Shown in pieces: positions 1 to 8,111 of a stretch of 15,064 nt of DNA. The translations under genes were made by a program, and so were the position numbers. Each line of letters starts with the position of its first letter. Within the stretch, counting starts at the first letter, position 1. The notes below the pieces were generated by a model. That model did not search any database. It was not told the DNA's origin and worked only from the letters and a program-made list of their open reading frames with translations. This DNA comes from Candidatus Sericytochromatia bacterium. Lineage in GTDB: Bacteria; Cyanobacteriota; Sericytochromatia; S15B-MN24; UBA4093. The stretch spans positions 1 through 15,064 of the forward strand of contig JAKFBU010000037.1 in NCBI GenBank assembly GCA_036676985.1. Direction: 5' to 3'.

Positions 1-2
1 TC

Positions 3-1439
3 CTGGAGCTGGCTCGTCGAGCTCGCGATCTGCTCGGTCGCCGTCACGGCCTCGTCGGCGGCCGCATGGATCTGGTGCATCGAGTTGACGACGCGCTTGC
101 CGCCCGACTGCTGATCCTGGGCCGCGAGGCCCACGTCCCGGCTCACCTGGCGCATGGTGCGGATGGCCTGGGCCACGTGCGTGCTCGCCTCGGTCTGCTG
201 GTGGGTCCGCGACAGCACCTCGCCCGTGAGGGTGCGCATCTGGTTGACCGCCCCGATGATGTGGTCGGCGGCCTGGCTCTGGGTCTGGGTGGCCTGCGCG
301 ATCTCGCCGATCAGGGCCGAGACCTGCTGCACCGAGCCCACGATCTCCCTCAGGGCGTCGCCGGCCGATTGGGCGAGCCGGGTCCCTTCCCGGGTGGCCT
401 GGTCCACCGACTGGGTGACCTTGATGGCGTCCTGCGTCTCCTTCTGGATCCCCTTGATGAGCGTGGCGATCTCGCCGGTCGCCTTGGCCGAGCGCTCGGC
501 CAATTTGCGGACCTCGTCGGCGACCACCGCGAAGCCCCGGCCCGCGTCCCCGGCCCGCGCGGCCTCAATGGCCGCGTTGAGGGCCAGGAGGTTGGTCTGC
601 TCGGCGATGTCGTCGATGACCTCCACGATGGCTCCGATCTCCGCCGAGCGGTTACCGAGTCCCTCGATGGCCGAGACCAGGCCCTTCATGGCCCCCTCGA
701 TCTGCCCGATGCCGGAGATGGTCTGGGCCACGGCCTCTTGGCCGTGCTGGGCGGTCTTGGCGGCCCCTTCGGTCTGCTGGTTGGCGTTCAGCGTGTTGCC
801 CGCCACCTGCTGGATGCTCGTGGCCATCTCCTCGATGCTCGCGGCCGTCTGGTCGGTCGCAGCGGCCAGGTGCTCCGTGTGAGTGGCCACCTCCTGGGCG
901 GAGCGGGCCATGGTCTCGACGGCCCCCGAGGTTTCGTCGACGCTCGCCGACAGGGACTGAGCGTGCTCGGCGACCCGTTCGATGGAGCGTGCCATGGCCT
1001 CGATGACCTCGGAGGTGGCCCGGACCGTCGAGGCCTGACGATGGGCGCCCGACGCGGTCTGCTCGCTGCTCGCCGAGATGCGCAGGGTGCCGTCCTCCAC
1101 TGAGGCGGCGAGGTTGCGGACCTGGCCGACGACCGCCCTGAGATCGGCGGCCATCCCCTTCAGCGTGGTTTGCAGCTCGGCCGTCTCTCCCACGCCCGTG
1201 ATGCTGATCTCCTTGACCAGATCGCCCTGGGCGATCGCGCGCATGCCGTCCATGACGTCGTGCACGTCGCGCCGGATCTTCAAGAGGGTCCAGAAGTCCC
1301 CGACCAGGTCGATGGCGAGCAGGGTGCCGAGGAACAGGGCGGTGGGTAGGCTCATCTCGAAGCCCACCAGGAGCTGGAAGGCGATGATGAGGCCACCGAC
1401 CGAGGCGACGTGGAAGATCAGCTTCTGTTGGATGTTCAC
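3..1439 (-). CDS. Methyl-accepting chemotaxis protein (2 TM + HAMP + long signalling domain), runs off the left edge of the window
   Basis: Manual minus-strand translation from GTG at 1439 (SD-like AAGGGAG just upstream): [29 protein letters not shown]..., HAMP-like [24 protein letters not shown], and the MCP signature [44 protein letters not shown]. No stop codon before base 1. Confidence 0.95.
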   Translation of the reverse strand, partial: MNIQQKLIFHVASVGGLIIAFQLLVGFEMSLPTALFLGTLLAIDLVGDFWTLLKIRRDVHDVMDGMRAIAQGDLVKEISITGVGETAELQTTLKGMAADLRAVVGQVRNLAASVEDGTLRISASSEQTASGAHRQASTVRATSEVIEAMARSIERVAEHAQSLSASVDETSGAVETMARSAQEVATHTEHLAAATDQTAASIEEMATSIQQVAGNTLNANQQTEGAAKTAQHGQEAVAQTISGIGQIEGAMKGLVSAIEGLGNRSAEIGAIVEVIDDIAEQTNLLALNAAIEAARAGDAGRGFAVVADEVRKLAERSAKATGEIATLIKGIQKETQDAIKVTQSVDQATREGTRLAQSAGDALREIVGSVQQVSALIGEIAQATQTQSQAADHIIGAVNQMRTLTGEVLSRTHQQTEASTHVAQAIRTMRQVSRDVGLAAQDQQSGGKRVVNSMHQIHAAADEAVTATEQIASSTSQLQ

Positions 1440-1530
1440 GGGCAGAACTCCCTTTCTGGTGACGGCGAGCGAGTCACAGGGCGATTGACTGATTCTTAAC
1501 GGAGTTAACCACCGCCAGGATCCAGTGAAT

Positions 1531-1544
1531 ATGAGCTATCTCAA
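1531..1544. promoter_or_regulatory. Possible CRP/FNR-family (FNR/Dnr-like) binding site
   Basis: ATGAG-CTAT-CTCAA matches TTGAT-N4-ATCAA at 7 of 10 positions, with a palindromic core TGAG-N4-CTCA. It lies in the divergent MCP/DUF2249 intergenic region. Confidence 0.35.
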
Positions 1545-1625
1545 CGACATTTCGAGGTATGCACGGTATCCAGATAAGTAGCGGGGTCATCATGACCCGA
1601 TTGCACTGAAAGAAAGGAGTCCAAC

Positions 1626-1853
1626 GTGTCGCGCACCGTCGAATTGGACGTTCGTCATTACCATGCCGAAGGCAAGGAGCCCTTCACGGATATTCTCGCC
1701 TCCAGCGATGGCCTGGAGCCGGGAGACGTGTTCATCCTCCGCAACACCTTCGATCCCGTGCCGCTCTACAGCGTGATGCGCGGCCGGGGCTTCAGCTGTG
1801 AGAGCCGCAGCCAGGCGGCCGACGACTGGTTCATCACCTTCACCAAGCAGTAA
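1626..1853 (+). CDS. DUF2249 domain protein (small TusA/SirA-like fold)
   Basis: 75 aa with the pattern LDVR...EPF..IL....L.PG..F.L.N.FDP.PLY.....GF.....DDW...F. GTG start with AAAGGAG RBS upstream. Confidence 0.85.
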   Translation: MSRTVELDVRHYHAEGKEPFTDILASSDGLEPGDVFILRNTFDPVPLYSVMRGRGFSCESRSQAADDWFITFTKQ

Positions 1854-1857
1854 GGGA

Positions 1858-1888
1858 GGAGCTGGCGCCTTGACGCCAGCTTCCTTTT
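1858..1888 (+). terminator. Probable intrinsic terminator after the DUF2249 gene
   Basis: Stem GCTGGCG (1861-1867) / CGCCAGC (1874-1880), extendable by GGA/TTC, followed by TTTT. Confidence 0.6.
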
Positions 1889-1897
1889 GGGTCTTTA

Positions 1898-1921
1898 TTG
1901 AGAATGATTTTCAAAATCATT
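1898..1921. promoter_or_regulatory. Fur-family box (two overlapping 7-1-7 repeats)
   Basis: TGAGAAT-G-ATTTTCA (1899-1913) is 12/14 to the consensus TGATAAT-N-ATTATCA. A second, perfectly palindromic site TGATTTT-C-AAAATCA (1905-1919) is offset by 6 bp. This AT-rich island sits just upstream of the methyltransferase RBS. Confidence 0.75.
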
Positions 1922-1944
1922 TGCAGATGGCAAAGGAGTGCTTC

Positions 1945-2754
1945 ATGAGCGTCGCGTCTAATCACGTGCCCCTGCCGGCCGAGGGCCTCTCGTCGGACCG
2001 GATTCCCGGGCACTGGCTCCTGGCCCGCCTGGGCAAGCGGGTCCTGAGGCCCGGGGGGATCGAGCTGACCCAGCGGTTGCTCAAGGGGCTCGCCATCGGT
2101 CCGTCGGACGACGTGCTGGAGTTCGCCCCGGGCATGGGGGCGACCGCGCGGCTGGCTCTGGCGGCCAAGCCTGCGAGCTACGTGGGCGTCGATCGCGATC
2201 CGGCCGTGGTGGCCCAGCTGGGCCAGGTGCTGACGGGCGATCGCCAGACCTGCAAGCGTGGCGAGGCCCACCAGACGGGCCTCTCGGACGAGTCGGTCTC
2301 GGTGGCCTACGGCGAGGCCATGCTCACCATGCAGCCCGAGGTCATGAAGGCCAGCATCGTCAAGGAGGCGTTCCGCTGCCTGCGCTCGGGCGGCCGCTAC
2401 GGGATCCACGAGCTGTCGTTGCAGCCCGACGACCTGAGCGCCGAGGCCAAGGCCGAGATCCAGCGAGAGCTGTCGAGCGCCATCAAGGTGGGAGCGCGGC
2501 CGCTCACCGTCGCCGAGTGGCGATCGCTCCTGGAAGAAGCGGGCTTCGTGGTGGAGAGCGTCTCCACCAACAGCATGTCGCTGCTCGAGACCGCGCGGGT
2601 GATCCAGGACGAAGGGATCGGGGGCAGCATGCGCATCCTCTGGAACACGCTGCGCGATCGCCATGCCATGCGGCGGGTGCTCGAGATGCGGGCGGTCTTC
2701 CGGCGTTACGCCCACCAGATGGGGTCGGTCGCGATCGTCGCGCGCAAGCCCTAA
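1945..2754 (+). CDS. Class I SAM-dependent methyltransferase
   Basis: Motif I VLEFAPGMG, post-I YVGVD, then GEAML and LRSGGRYGIHE. N-terminal PGHWLLARLGKRVLRPGG. Start moved from 1798 to ATG 1945 because AAGGAG lies at 1933-1938 and the longer ORF overlaps the DUF2249 gene. Confidence 0.9.
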   Translation: MSVASNHVPLPAEGLSSDRIPGHWLLARLGKRVLRPGGIELTQRLLKGLAIGPSDDVLEFAPGMGATARLALAAKPASYVGVDRDPAVVAQLGQVLTGDRQTCKRGEAHQTGLSDESVSVAYGEAMLTMQPEVMKASIVKEAFRCLRSGGRYGIHELSLQPDDLSAEAKAEIQRELSSAIKVGARPLTVAEWRSLLEEAGFVVESVSTNSMSLLETARVIQDEGIGGSMRILWNTLRDRHAMRRVLEMRAVFRRYAHQMGSVAIVARKP

Positions 2755-2763
2755 AAACGCTGA

Positions 2764-2798
2764 GCGAGGGCCCGGCAACATGGTTGCCGGGCCCTCGC
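2764..2798. terminator. Hairpin between convergent genes, probably a terminator
   Basis: Perfect 16-bp stem GCGAGGGCCCGGCAAC / GTTGCCGGGCCCTCGC with a 3-nt loop, between the methyltransferase stop and the dehydrogenase stop. The U tracts are weak. Confidence 0.7.
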
Positions 2799-2820
2799 CT
2801 TCTTGGGAATCCCTTGTCGT

Positions 2821-5313
2821 CTAGGAGGCCGGTGCCGCGACCGCCGGCTCCGGAAGGTCCTTGATCTTCCGCATCTCGGGGTCGTAGAGGGGGCGCAGCG
2901 AGACGGAGGCGGGATACTTGGCGCCCGCGATCTCGACCTCCCAGGTCCCGGCCGCCAGGTAGGCCGCGTCGATGGGCTCGCCCGCCTCGATCATGACCAG
3001 CCCCACGGCTCCGCCCAGCGTGTGGCCGTAGGAGCCGGCTCGGACGTAGCCCACGCGCTCGCCGTTCCGGTACACGACCTCTGCGTGGTACAGCAGGGGC
3101 TCGGGATCCTTCACCAGGATCTGCGCGAGACAGCGGGTCAGCGGCCCCGCTTCCTTCTGCGCCAGGGCCGCCTCTCGGCCCAGGAAGCCCCCTTCCTTCT
3201 TGAAGTCGACCGCGAAGCCGAGGCCCGCTTCGAACGCGTTGTCCGTGTTGTCGATGTCGTGCCCGTAGTCGCGGTAGCCCTTCTCCATGCGCAGGCTCGC
3301 GAGCGCCTTGAGGCCCGCGTGCTTGAGGCCGAAGGCCTTGCCTGCCTCCACGATGCGGTCGTAGACGTGCGTCGCCTGCTCCGCCGGGATGTACAGCTCG
3401 TAGCCGAGCTCGCCCAGGTACGTGATCCGGATGCAGAGCGCGCGGGCATACCCGAGGTCGATCTCCCGCGCCGTACGGAACGGGAAGGCCTCGTTCGACA
3501 GGTCCGTGGTCGTGAGGCTCTGCAGCAGCTCGCGGGAGCGCGGACCCTGGAGGTTGAGCTGCCCGTAGGCCGAGGTCACATCCGTCACGAAGACATGGGC
3601 GTCGGCCGGGAAGTTCCGGCGCATCCAGGTCTCGGCGTGTCGGTGCATGGTGTCCGTCACCACGACCATGAACTTGTCGTCGGCGAGCTTGGTGACCGTC
3701 AGGTCCGCCTCGAGCTTACCCGAGACGTTGAGCCACTGGGTGTAGGTGATGGTACCCACCGGGCCGTCGACGTTGTTGGCCGAGATCCAGTTGAGCGCTC
3801 GGCCCGCGTCGCGCCCCTGGACCAGGAACTTGGACATGAACGACATGTCCATGAGGATGACGTTCTCGCGCGCCGCCTTGTGCTCCGCTTCCCAGTACGG
3901 GAACCAGTTGTGCCGTCCCCAGCTGAGCTTGTCCACCTTGGGCTCCACGCCCTCGGGGGCATACCAGTCGGCGCCTTCCCAGCCGCTCACGTCCTTGAAG
4001 TACGCCCCCGCCTTCACCAAACGGTCGTGGAAGGGCGACTTCTTCGCGCCCCGCGCCGTCTCGAGCGACATGGTCGGGTAGTGGCAGCGGTAGACGAGCC
4101 CCAGGGCCTCGACGGTCCGTTCGCGACGGTACTCGGGATTGGCCTGGTACGGGTGGAAGCGATCGATGTTCATGCCCGTCACGTCCACGTCGGGCTGGCC
4201 GTTGACGATCCAGTGGGCGAGCACGCGGCCCATGCCGCCCCCCGTCAGGATGCCGATGGAGTTCAGGCCGGCCGCCACGAAGTAGTTGCGGAGCTCCGGC
4301 GCCTCGCCGACCACCGGCCGCAGATCGGGCGTGAAGCTCTCGGGGCCGCAGAAGAACTTCTTGATGCCGAGGTCCATGGAGACGGGAATGCGAGCCATGG
4401 CCTTCTCGAGGTAGCCCTCCATCCGGTCCCAGTCGGGTGCTATCTCTCCGAAGGTGAAGTCGTTGGGGATGCCGTCGATCTTCCAGGGGGCGCACTTGGG
4501 CTCGAAGAGGCCGATCATGAGGCCGTCGCCCTCTTCGCGGTAGTAGCCGTAGGACGACGGATCCTCGAGCACGGGCATGCCCTTCGGCATGTCCTTGAAC
4601 TCGCCGGTGATCAGGTAGTAGTGCTCGGCGGCCTGGTTGGGGATGGTCACGCCCGATAGGGCGCCCAGCTGGCGTGCCCACATGCCGGCGCAGTTGACCA
4701 CGTAGTCGGCCTGGATGTCGCCGAAGGGGGTGCGGACGCCGGTGGCGCGGCCGTTCCTTTGCAGGACGCCCGTGACGGTCACGCCCTCGATGAGCTTGGC
4801 GCCCTTCAGGCGAGCGCCCTTGGCGAGGGCCATGGTGACGTCCACGGGGTTCACCCGCCCGTCCTCCTTGACGTAGAAGCCGGCCAGGATGTCGTCGACC
4901 TTGGCGATGGGGAATAGGCGCTTGACCTCCTCCGGTGAGATCTCGTGGACGTCGACGCCGCAGTAGCGGTTGAAGGCGGAGACCCGGCGGTACTCCTCCA
5001 GCCGATCGGCATCGGTGGCGACCTCGATGAAGCCGATCGGCTCGAAGCCCGTGGACTGGCCGGTCTCGGCCTCCAGCCGGGCGAAGAGGCTGCGGGTGTA
5101 CTTGCGCATCTCCGTGGAAGTCTCGGAGGTGGAGCCGAAGGTGACCATCAGGCCGGCCGCGTGCCAGGTCGTGCCCGAGGTGAGCTGGGCCCGCTCCAGG
5201 AGCACCACGTCCTTCCAGCCCATGTCGGCCAGGTGATAGGCGACCGACGTGCCGATCACGCCTCCCCCGATGATCACGACCCGTGCGCTTTCCGGCAAGA
5301 TTGGATGGCTCAT
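2821..5313 (-). CDS. FAD-dependent oxidoreductase with GcvT-like folate-binding C-terminus (sarcosine/dimethylglycine dehydrogenase family)
   Basis: VVIIGGGVIG FAD motif, SGTTWHAAG (His for covalent FAD), GPESFTPD, and GcvT-type TYLGELGYEL and SLRMEKGY. Start set at ATG 5313 (MSHPILPE) with GAGGAG RBS; 830 aa. The exact substrate cannot be determined from sequence. Confidence 0.92.
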   Translation of the reverse strand: MSHPILPESARVVIIGGGVIGTSVAYHLADMGWKDVVLLERAQLTSGTTWHAAGLMVTFGSTSETSTEMRKYTRSLFARLEAETGQSTGFEPIGFIEVATDADRLEEYRRVSAFNRYCGVDVHEISPEEVKRLFPIAKVDDILAGFYVKEDGRVNPVDVTMALAKGARLKGAKLIEGVTVTGVLQRNGRATGVRTPFGDIQADYVVNCAGMWARQLGALSGVTIPNQAAEHYYLITGEFKDMPKGMPVLEDPSSYGYYREEGDGLMIGLFEPKCAPWKIDGIPNDFTFGEIAPDWDRMEGYLEKAMARIPVSMDLGIKKFFCGPESFTPDLRPVVGEAPELRNYFVAAGLNSIGILTGGGMGRVLAHWIVNGQPDVDVTGMNIDRFHPYQANPEYRRERTVEALGLVYRCHYPTMSLETARGAKKSPFHDRLVKAGAYFKDVSGWEGADWYAPEGVEPKVDKLSWGRHNWFPYWEAEHKAARENVILMDMSFMSKFLVQGRDAGRALNWISANNVDGPVGTITYTQWLNVSGKLEADLTVTKLADDKFMVVVTDTMHRHAETWMRRNFPADAHVFVTDVTSAYGQLNLQGPRSRELLQSLTTTDLSNEAFPFRTAREIDLGYARALCIRITYLGELGYELYIPAEQATHVYDRIVEAGKAFGLKHAGLKALASLRMEKGYRDYGHDIDNTDNAFEAGLGFAVDFKKEGGFLGREAALAQKEAGPLTRCLAQILVKDPEPLLYHAEVVYRNGERVGYVRAGSYGHTLGGAVGLVMIEAGEPIDAAYLAAGTWEVEIAGAKYPASVSLRPLYDPEMRKIKDLPEPAVAAPAS

Positions 5314-5644
5314 CCGATGGCTCCTCGTGCTCGTTCGACGTCCTGGCTGGTAGTCGGTCCGGCGCCCGCCTGCGAGCATCATCGCGGCGGGCGCCGTGGG
5401 TGCGAAGGGCGAAGGGACGCTGGGTTCAACCTCGGTTGACGCGCAAGCGACCGATCTTTCCTAGAGCTTAGCACCAGGATGGGGGCGAGTCGTTTTGATG
5501 AGAGCTTTCTAATGAGGCATGCCTCGGCGATGTCGCCGGGGGCGAGCCGGCGCATGCCTGTTGCGTGAAGACGCTTAATCGACTATGTGTCAACTCGTTC
5601 ATCATCTAAGTGGCCGAGGGTCGACTTTCCTATGAGGAGGGCGG

Positions 5645-6001
5645 ATGAACAAGAAGTGGGTTGGTACGGCGATCATGGGGCTTGGCATCGTGATGACCGC
5701 TGCCAGTTGCGGGCAGCCCGTCCAGACGGCCAGCTCGGGGGCGATTCCGCCGGTCGATGGGACGGGTGGCTACAGCGTACAGCAGCACGGTGGCGGGATG
5801 GGGGACGATGATTCCTTCGTCACGTTCCGGGCTCGGCCTGCGAGGGCTTGTGGTGCCGAGTACCTGCGGTGCATACGGGCCGGATCCAGCTTTATCCGCA
5901 TGGGCTACTTCTTCCCCTTGCGGGTTCGCGCGCAGTGTCGTGCCCGATTCAATGCCTGTCGGGCCGAGCTGGGCATGTCTCCCTACACGCCGCGTTATTG
6001 A
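5645..6001 (+). CDS. Small predicted lipoprotein with Arg-rich, 4-Cys C-terminal domain
   Basis: GAGGAGG RBS. MNKKW n-region, hydrophobic h-region, lipobox-like AASC (Cys22). The C-terminus has two CX6C motifs. Confidence 0.75.
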   Translation: MNKKWVGTAIMGLGIVMTAASCGQPVQTASSGAIPPVDGTGGYSVQQHGGGMGDDDSFVTFRARPARACGAEYLRCIRAGSSFIRMGYFFPLRVRAQCRARFNACRAELGMSPYTPRY

Positions 6002-6107
6002 GTGAGACGTTGGCTGGATCGTGCCAGGGCCTGATAGGCCAGTAGCCCATTTTCAACGACCAGGCGGTGGTCCTGGGGCGCCGCGCCGCCAAGTGCCGCC
6101 ATGAGTC

Positions 6108-6146
6108 AGGCGACCTCGCCGCCAGCGAGGTCGCCTTCGTCGTTTT
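6108..6146 (+). terminator. Intrinsic terminator-like hairpin between convergent genes
   Basis: Perfect 12-bp stem AGGCGACCTCGC / GCGAGGTCGCCT with a 5-nt loop, followed by TCGTCGTTTT. Confidence 0.6.
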
Positions 6147-6196
6147 CCCGTGATTGAGGCTCAAAGGGCTGAGTTAGGGTGCCTATGCGTCCCTGA

Positions 6197-7381
6197 TCAG
6201 GCGATCGCCTTCAGATAGCCGGCGCGCATCCGCTCATATTCCTGGGCCAGACGGCTCGCCTTGTGATTGGCAAGCCAGGACTGACTAGCGACCTGCTGCG
6301 TCTGGGTCACGCGCTGGGACATCGTGTCCAACCTGCTCAGATCCAGGCCGGGCACGGCCTTGAGGGTTTGCTTGAGCTTGTCCAGGAACTGCTTGCTCTG
6401 GCCGTACTCGGAGACGCGGAAGGCGTCGGCGGCGCCGGCGAGCAACTTGAGCGCCTCGTTCAGGGTCTGGACCAGCTCGGGCTGGTTGGCGAACTGAGTC
6501 ATGAGGGCCGTGATCTGGGCCCGGGTGTTCGCCTCGACCGACGAGATCTCCGTCAAGGCCTCCGTCCGGACGGCCTGGTAGCGATCGCGCAGGGCGACGG
6601 CCTCCGTCTGAGCGGTCTCCGCCTCGGCGGCCTTCAACTGGATCTTCTGGGCCTGGGCCGCGGCATTCTTGAGGGTATCGACCTTCGATTGGGCCTCGAT
6701 GGCGTTGCCCCGCAGCGCGTAGAGGCTGTTGGGATTGGTGGCGGCATCCCCCTTGTAGCCGGAGCCCTTGAGCAGCGATCGCAGCTTGGCCAGGGCGTCG
6801 CCCGCCTCGGGGCCGGTCACGGCCGGTCCGTAATAGCGCTTCTGCACCTCGGTGGTCGGATTGAAGACGGTCAGGGCCGAGTTCAGATACGACCGGTAGG
6901 CCTCCACGTTGGGCGGATTGGTGCCGAGGCTGGACTGGGCGCGGCTGAGGTACTGATCGAAGGTCTTCTTGCGCTGATCGGGGGCAAGCGCGTCGAGCTC
7001 CCCGCCCTGGGCGAACTGGAGGCGGCTCGTCAGCTGCGAGAGTGCTGCCAGCTCGGCCTTGGCGGCCACGGTGGCAGCATCGAGGGCTTTCTTCGAAAGC
7101 GTCAGAGCGACCTCGGCCTCGTAGAGCTTGTACTCGGCGCTCTGCGTGAGGTCGCCGCCCGTGTAGACGCTCGGGCCGCCATCGACGGGCTCCGATCCAT
7201 TCGCGGCGTTGCGCAGGACATCGAGGCCCCCCTTGCTCAGGTTGCGATCGCCCGCGGCCTGGGGAGTCGCAGGCGCCGCCTTCGGCTGCTCCTGGGCAGG
7301 CGGAGCCACCGGGGCATCCAGGCTGGCCGCCGCAAAGGTCGCCAACGAACCGGTGCTTCTGTTGATATCAAGATTCGCCAT
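6197..7381 (-). CDS. Hypothetical Ala/Gln-rich helical (coiled-coil) protein
   Basis: 394-aa ORF with protein-like composition, filling the gap between neighbouring genes. GGAG lies upstream of the ATG. No family motif, signal peptide or TM segment recognised. Confidence 0.8.
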   Translation of the reverse strand: MANLDINRSTGSLATFAAASLDAPVAPPAQEQPKAAPATPQAAGDRNLSKGGLDVLRNAANGSEPVDGGPSVYTGGDLTQSAEYKLYEAEVALTLSKKALDAATVAAKAELAALSQLTSRLQFAQGGELDALAPDQRKKTFDQYLSRAQSSLGTNPPNVEAYRSYLNSALTVFNPTTEVQKRYYGPAVTGPEAGDALAKLRSLLKGSGYKGDAATNPNSLYALRGNAIEAQSKVDTLKNAAAQAQKIQLKAAEAETAQTEAVALRDRYQAVRTEALTEISSVEANTRAQITALMTQFANQPELVQTLNEALKLLAGAADAFRVSEYGQSKQFLDKLKQTLKAVPGLDLSRLDTMSQRVTQTQQVASQSWLANHKASRLAQEYERMRAGYLKAIA

Positions 7382-7546
7382 GAAGGTGATACTCCATCGA
7401 TGTCGCTCTCCGCCTCCTATCCCTCGGCTCTGGCAGGGGCTTTCATGCGTGTTGAAATCAACATTTGAGCTGGATTTAACAGCCGGAAAATCGCGGGTTC
7501 GATCGGGCTGATGTCTCGACGCTGGAACTGGCCGTGACGGCCGGGA

Positions 7547-8110
7547 TCACGAGCCTGCCAAGAGCACGAAGACGATTGGCGGAACGAGACCCGCAAGTAG
7601 CAGCCAGAAACCTCTGCCGGCAAGACCGAGCCGCCCCTTCACGATCAGCATGCCGCTCAGGGCCATGAAGACCAGGCCCACGGCATAGAGGTCGGCAATC
7701 CAGGTCCAAACGCCCTTGCCTCGGTTCAGGTGCAGGAAATTCACCTGGGAAAGGAACGGCCTGGGCGAAACCTGCTCGTCCAGCGCCTGCTGCTTCGCCA
7801 CATCGACGGTGAGCGTCCGGTTTTCCAGGAAGACTCGGACGCGATCGGCGCCAGCCGGTACGATCGACTGCGGCGGTTCCGAGATGCCGAGGCGATCGAG
7901 CGTCACGCGGGCGGCGGCCGGAAGATCGCCCACCGGCAAGGCCCCCACCGCGTGAGTCTCCTTGCGGATGGAGTAGGTTGGGTTCCAATCCTCCGCGTGG
8001 TTGACCGCCAGGCCCGAAATGGCATAGGCGATGGTGAGGCCGACCATCAGGTACCCGAGATCGCGGTGTGAGGCAATCAGCCACCGCCTCCAGTGAAAGC
8101 GGGGAGCCAT
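7547..8110 (-). CDS. PepSY-associated TM helix domain protein (PepSY_TM-like)
   Basis: RRWL..SHRDLGY...AISGLAVNH N-terminus, FLHLNRG, W.WIADLYA...ALSG, three hydrophobic segments. Start set at ATG 8110, 1 nt after the upstream stop, consistent with translational coupling. Confidence 0.88.
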   Translation of the reverse strand: MAPRFHWRRWLIASHRDLGYLMVGLTIAYAISGLAVNHAEDWNPTYSIRKETHAVGALPVGDLPAAARVTLDRLGISEPPQSIVPAGADRVRVFLENRTLTVDVAKQQALDEQVSPRPFLSQVNFLHLNRGKGVWTWIADLYAVGLVFMALSGMLIVKGRLGLAGRGFWLLLAGLVPPIVFVLLAGS

Positions 8111-8111
8111 G

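Noticed and set aside
66-1488. Plus-strand ORFs 66..1103, 154..882 and 1078..1488
   Set aside because: Antisense shadows of the minus-strand MCP, which has a clear signature motif. Long stop-free antisense frames are normal in GC-rich DNA.
5314-5382. N-terminal extension of the dehydrogenase in the ORF track (likewise the starts at 1798, 8137, 10803 and 12580)
   Set aside because: Downstream starts have better SD sequences or translational coupling, and the extensions overlap neighbouring genes or regulatory DNA.
7420-7445. Sigma28 promoter for the 394-aa orphan
   Set aside because: GCCGAGGG only partly matches GCCGATAA, and there is no TAAA at the right spacing.
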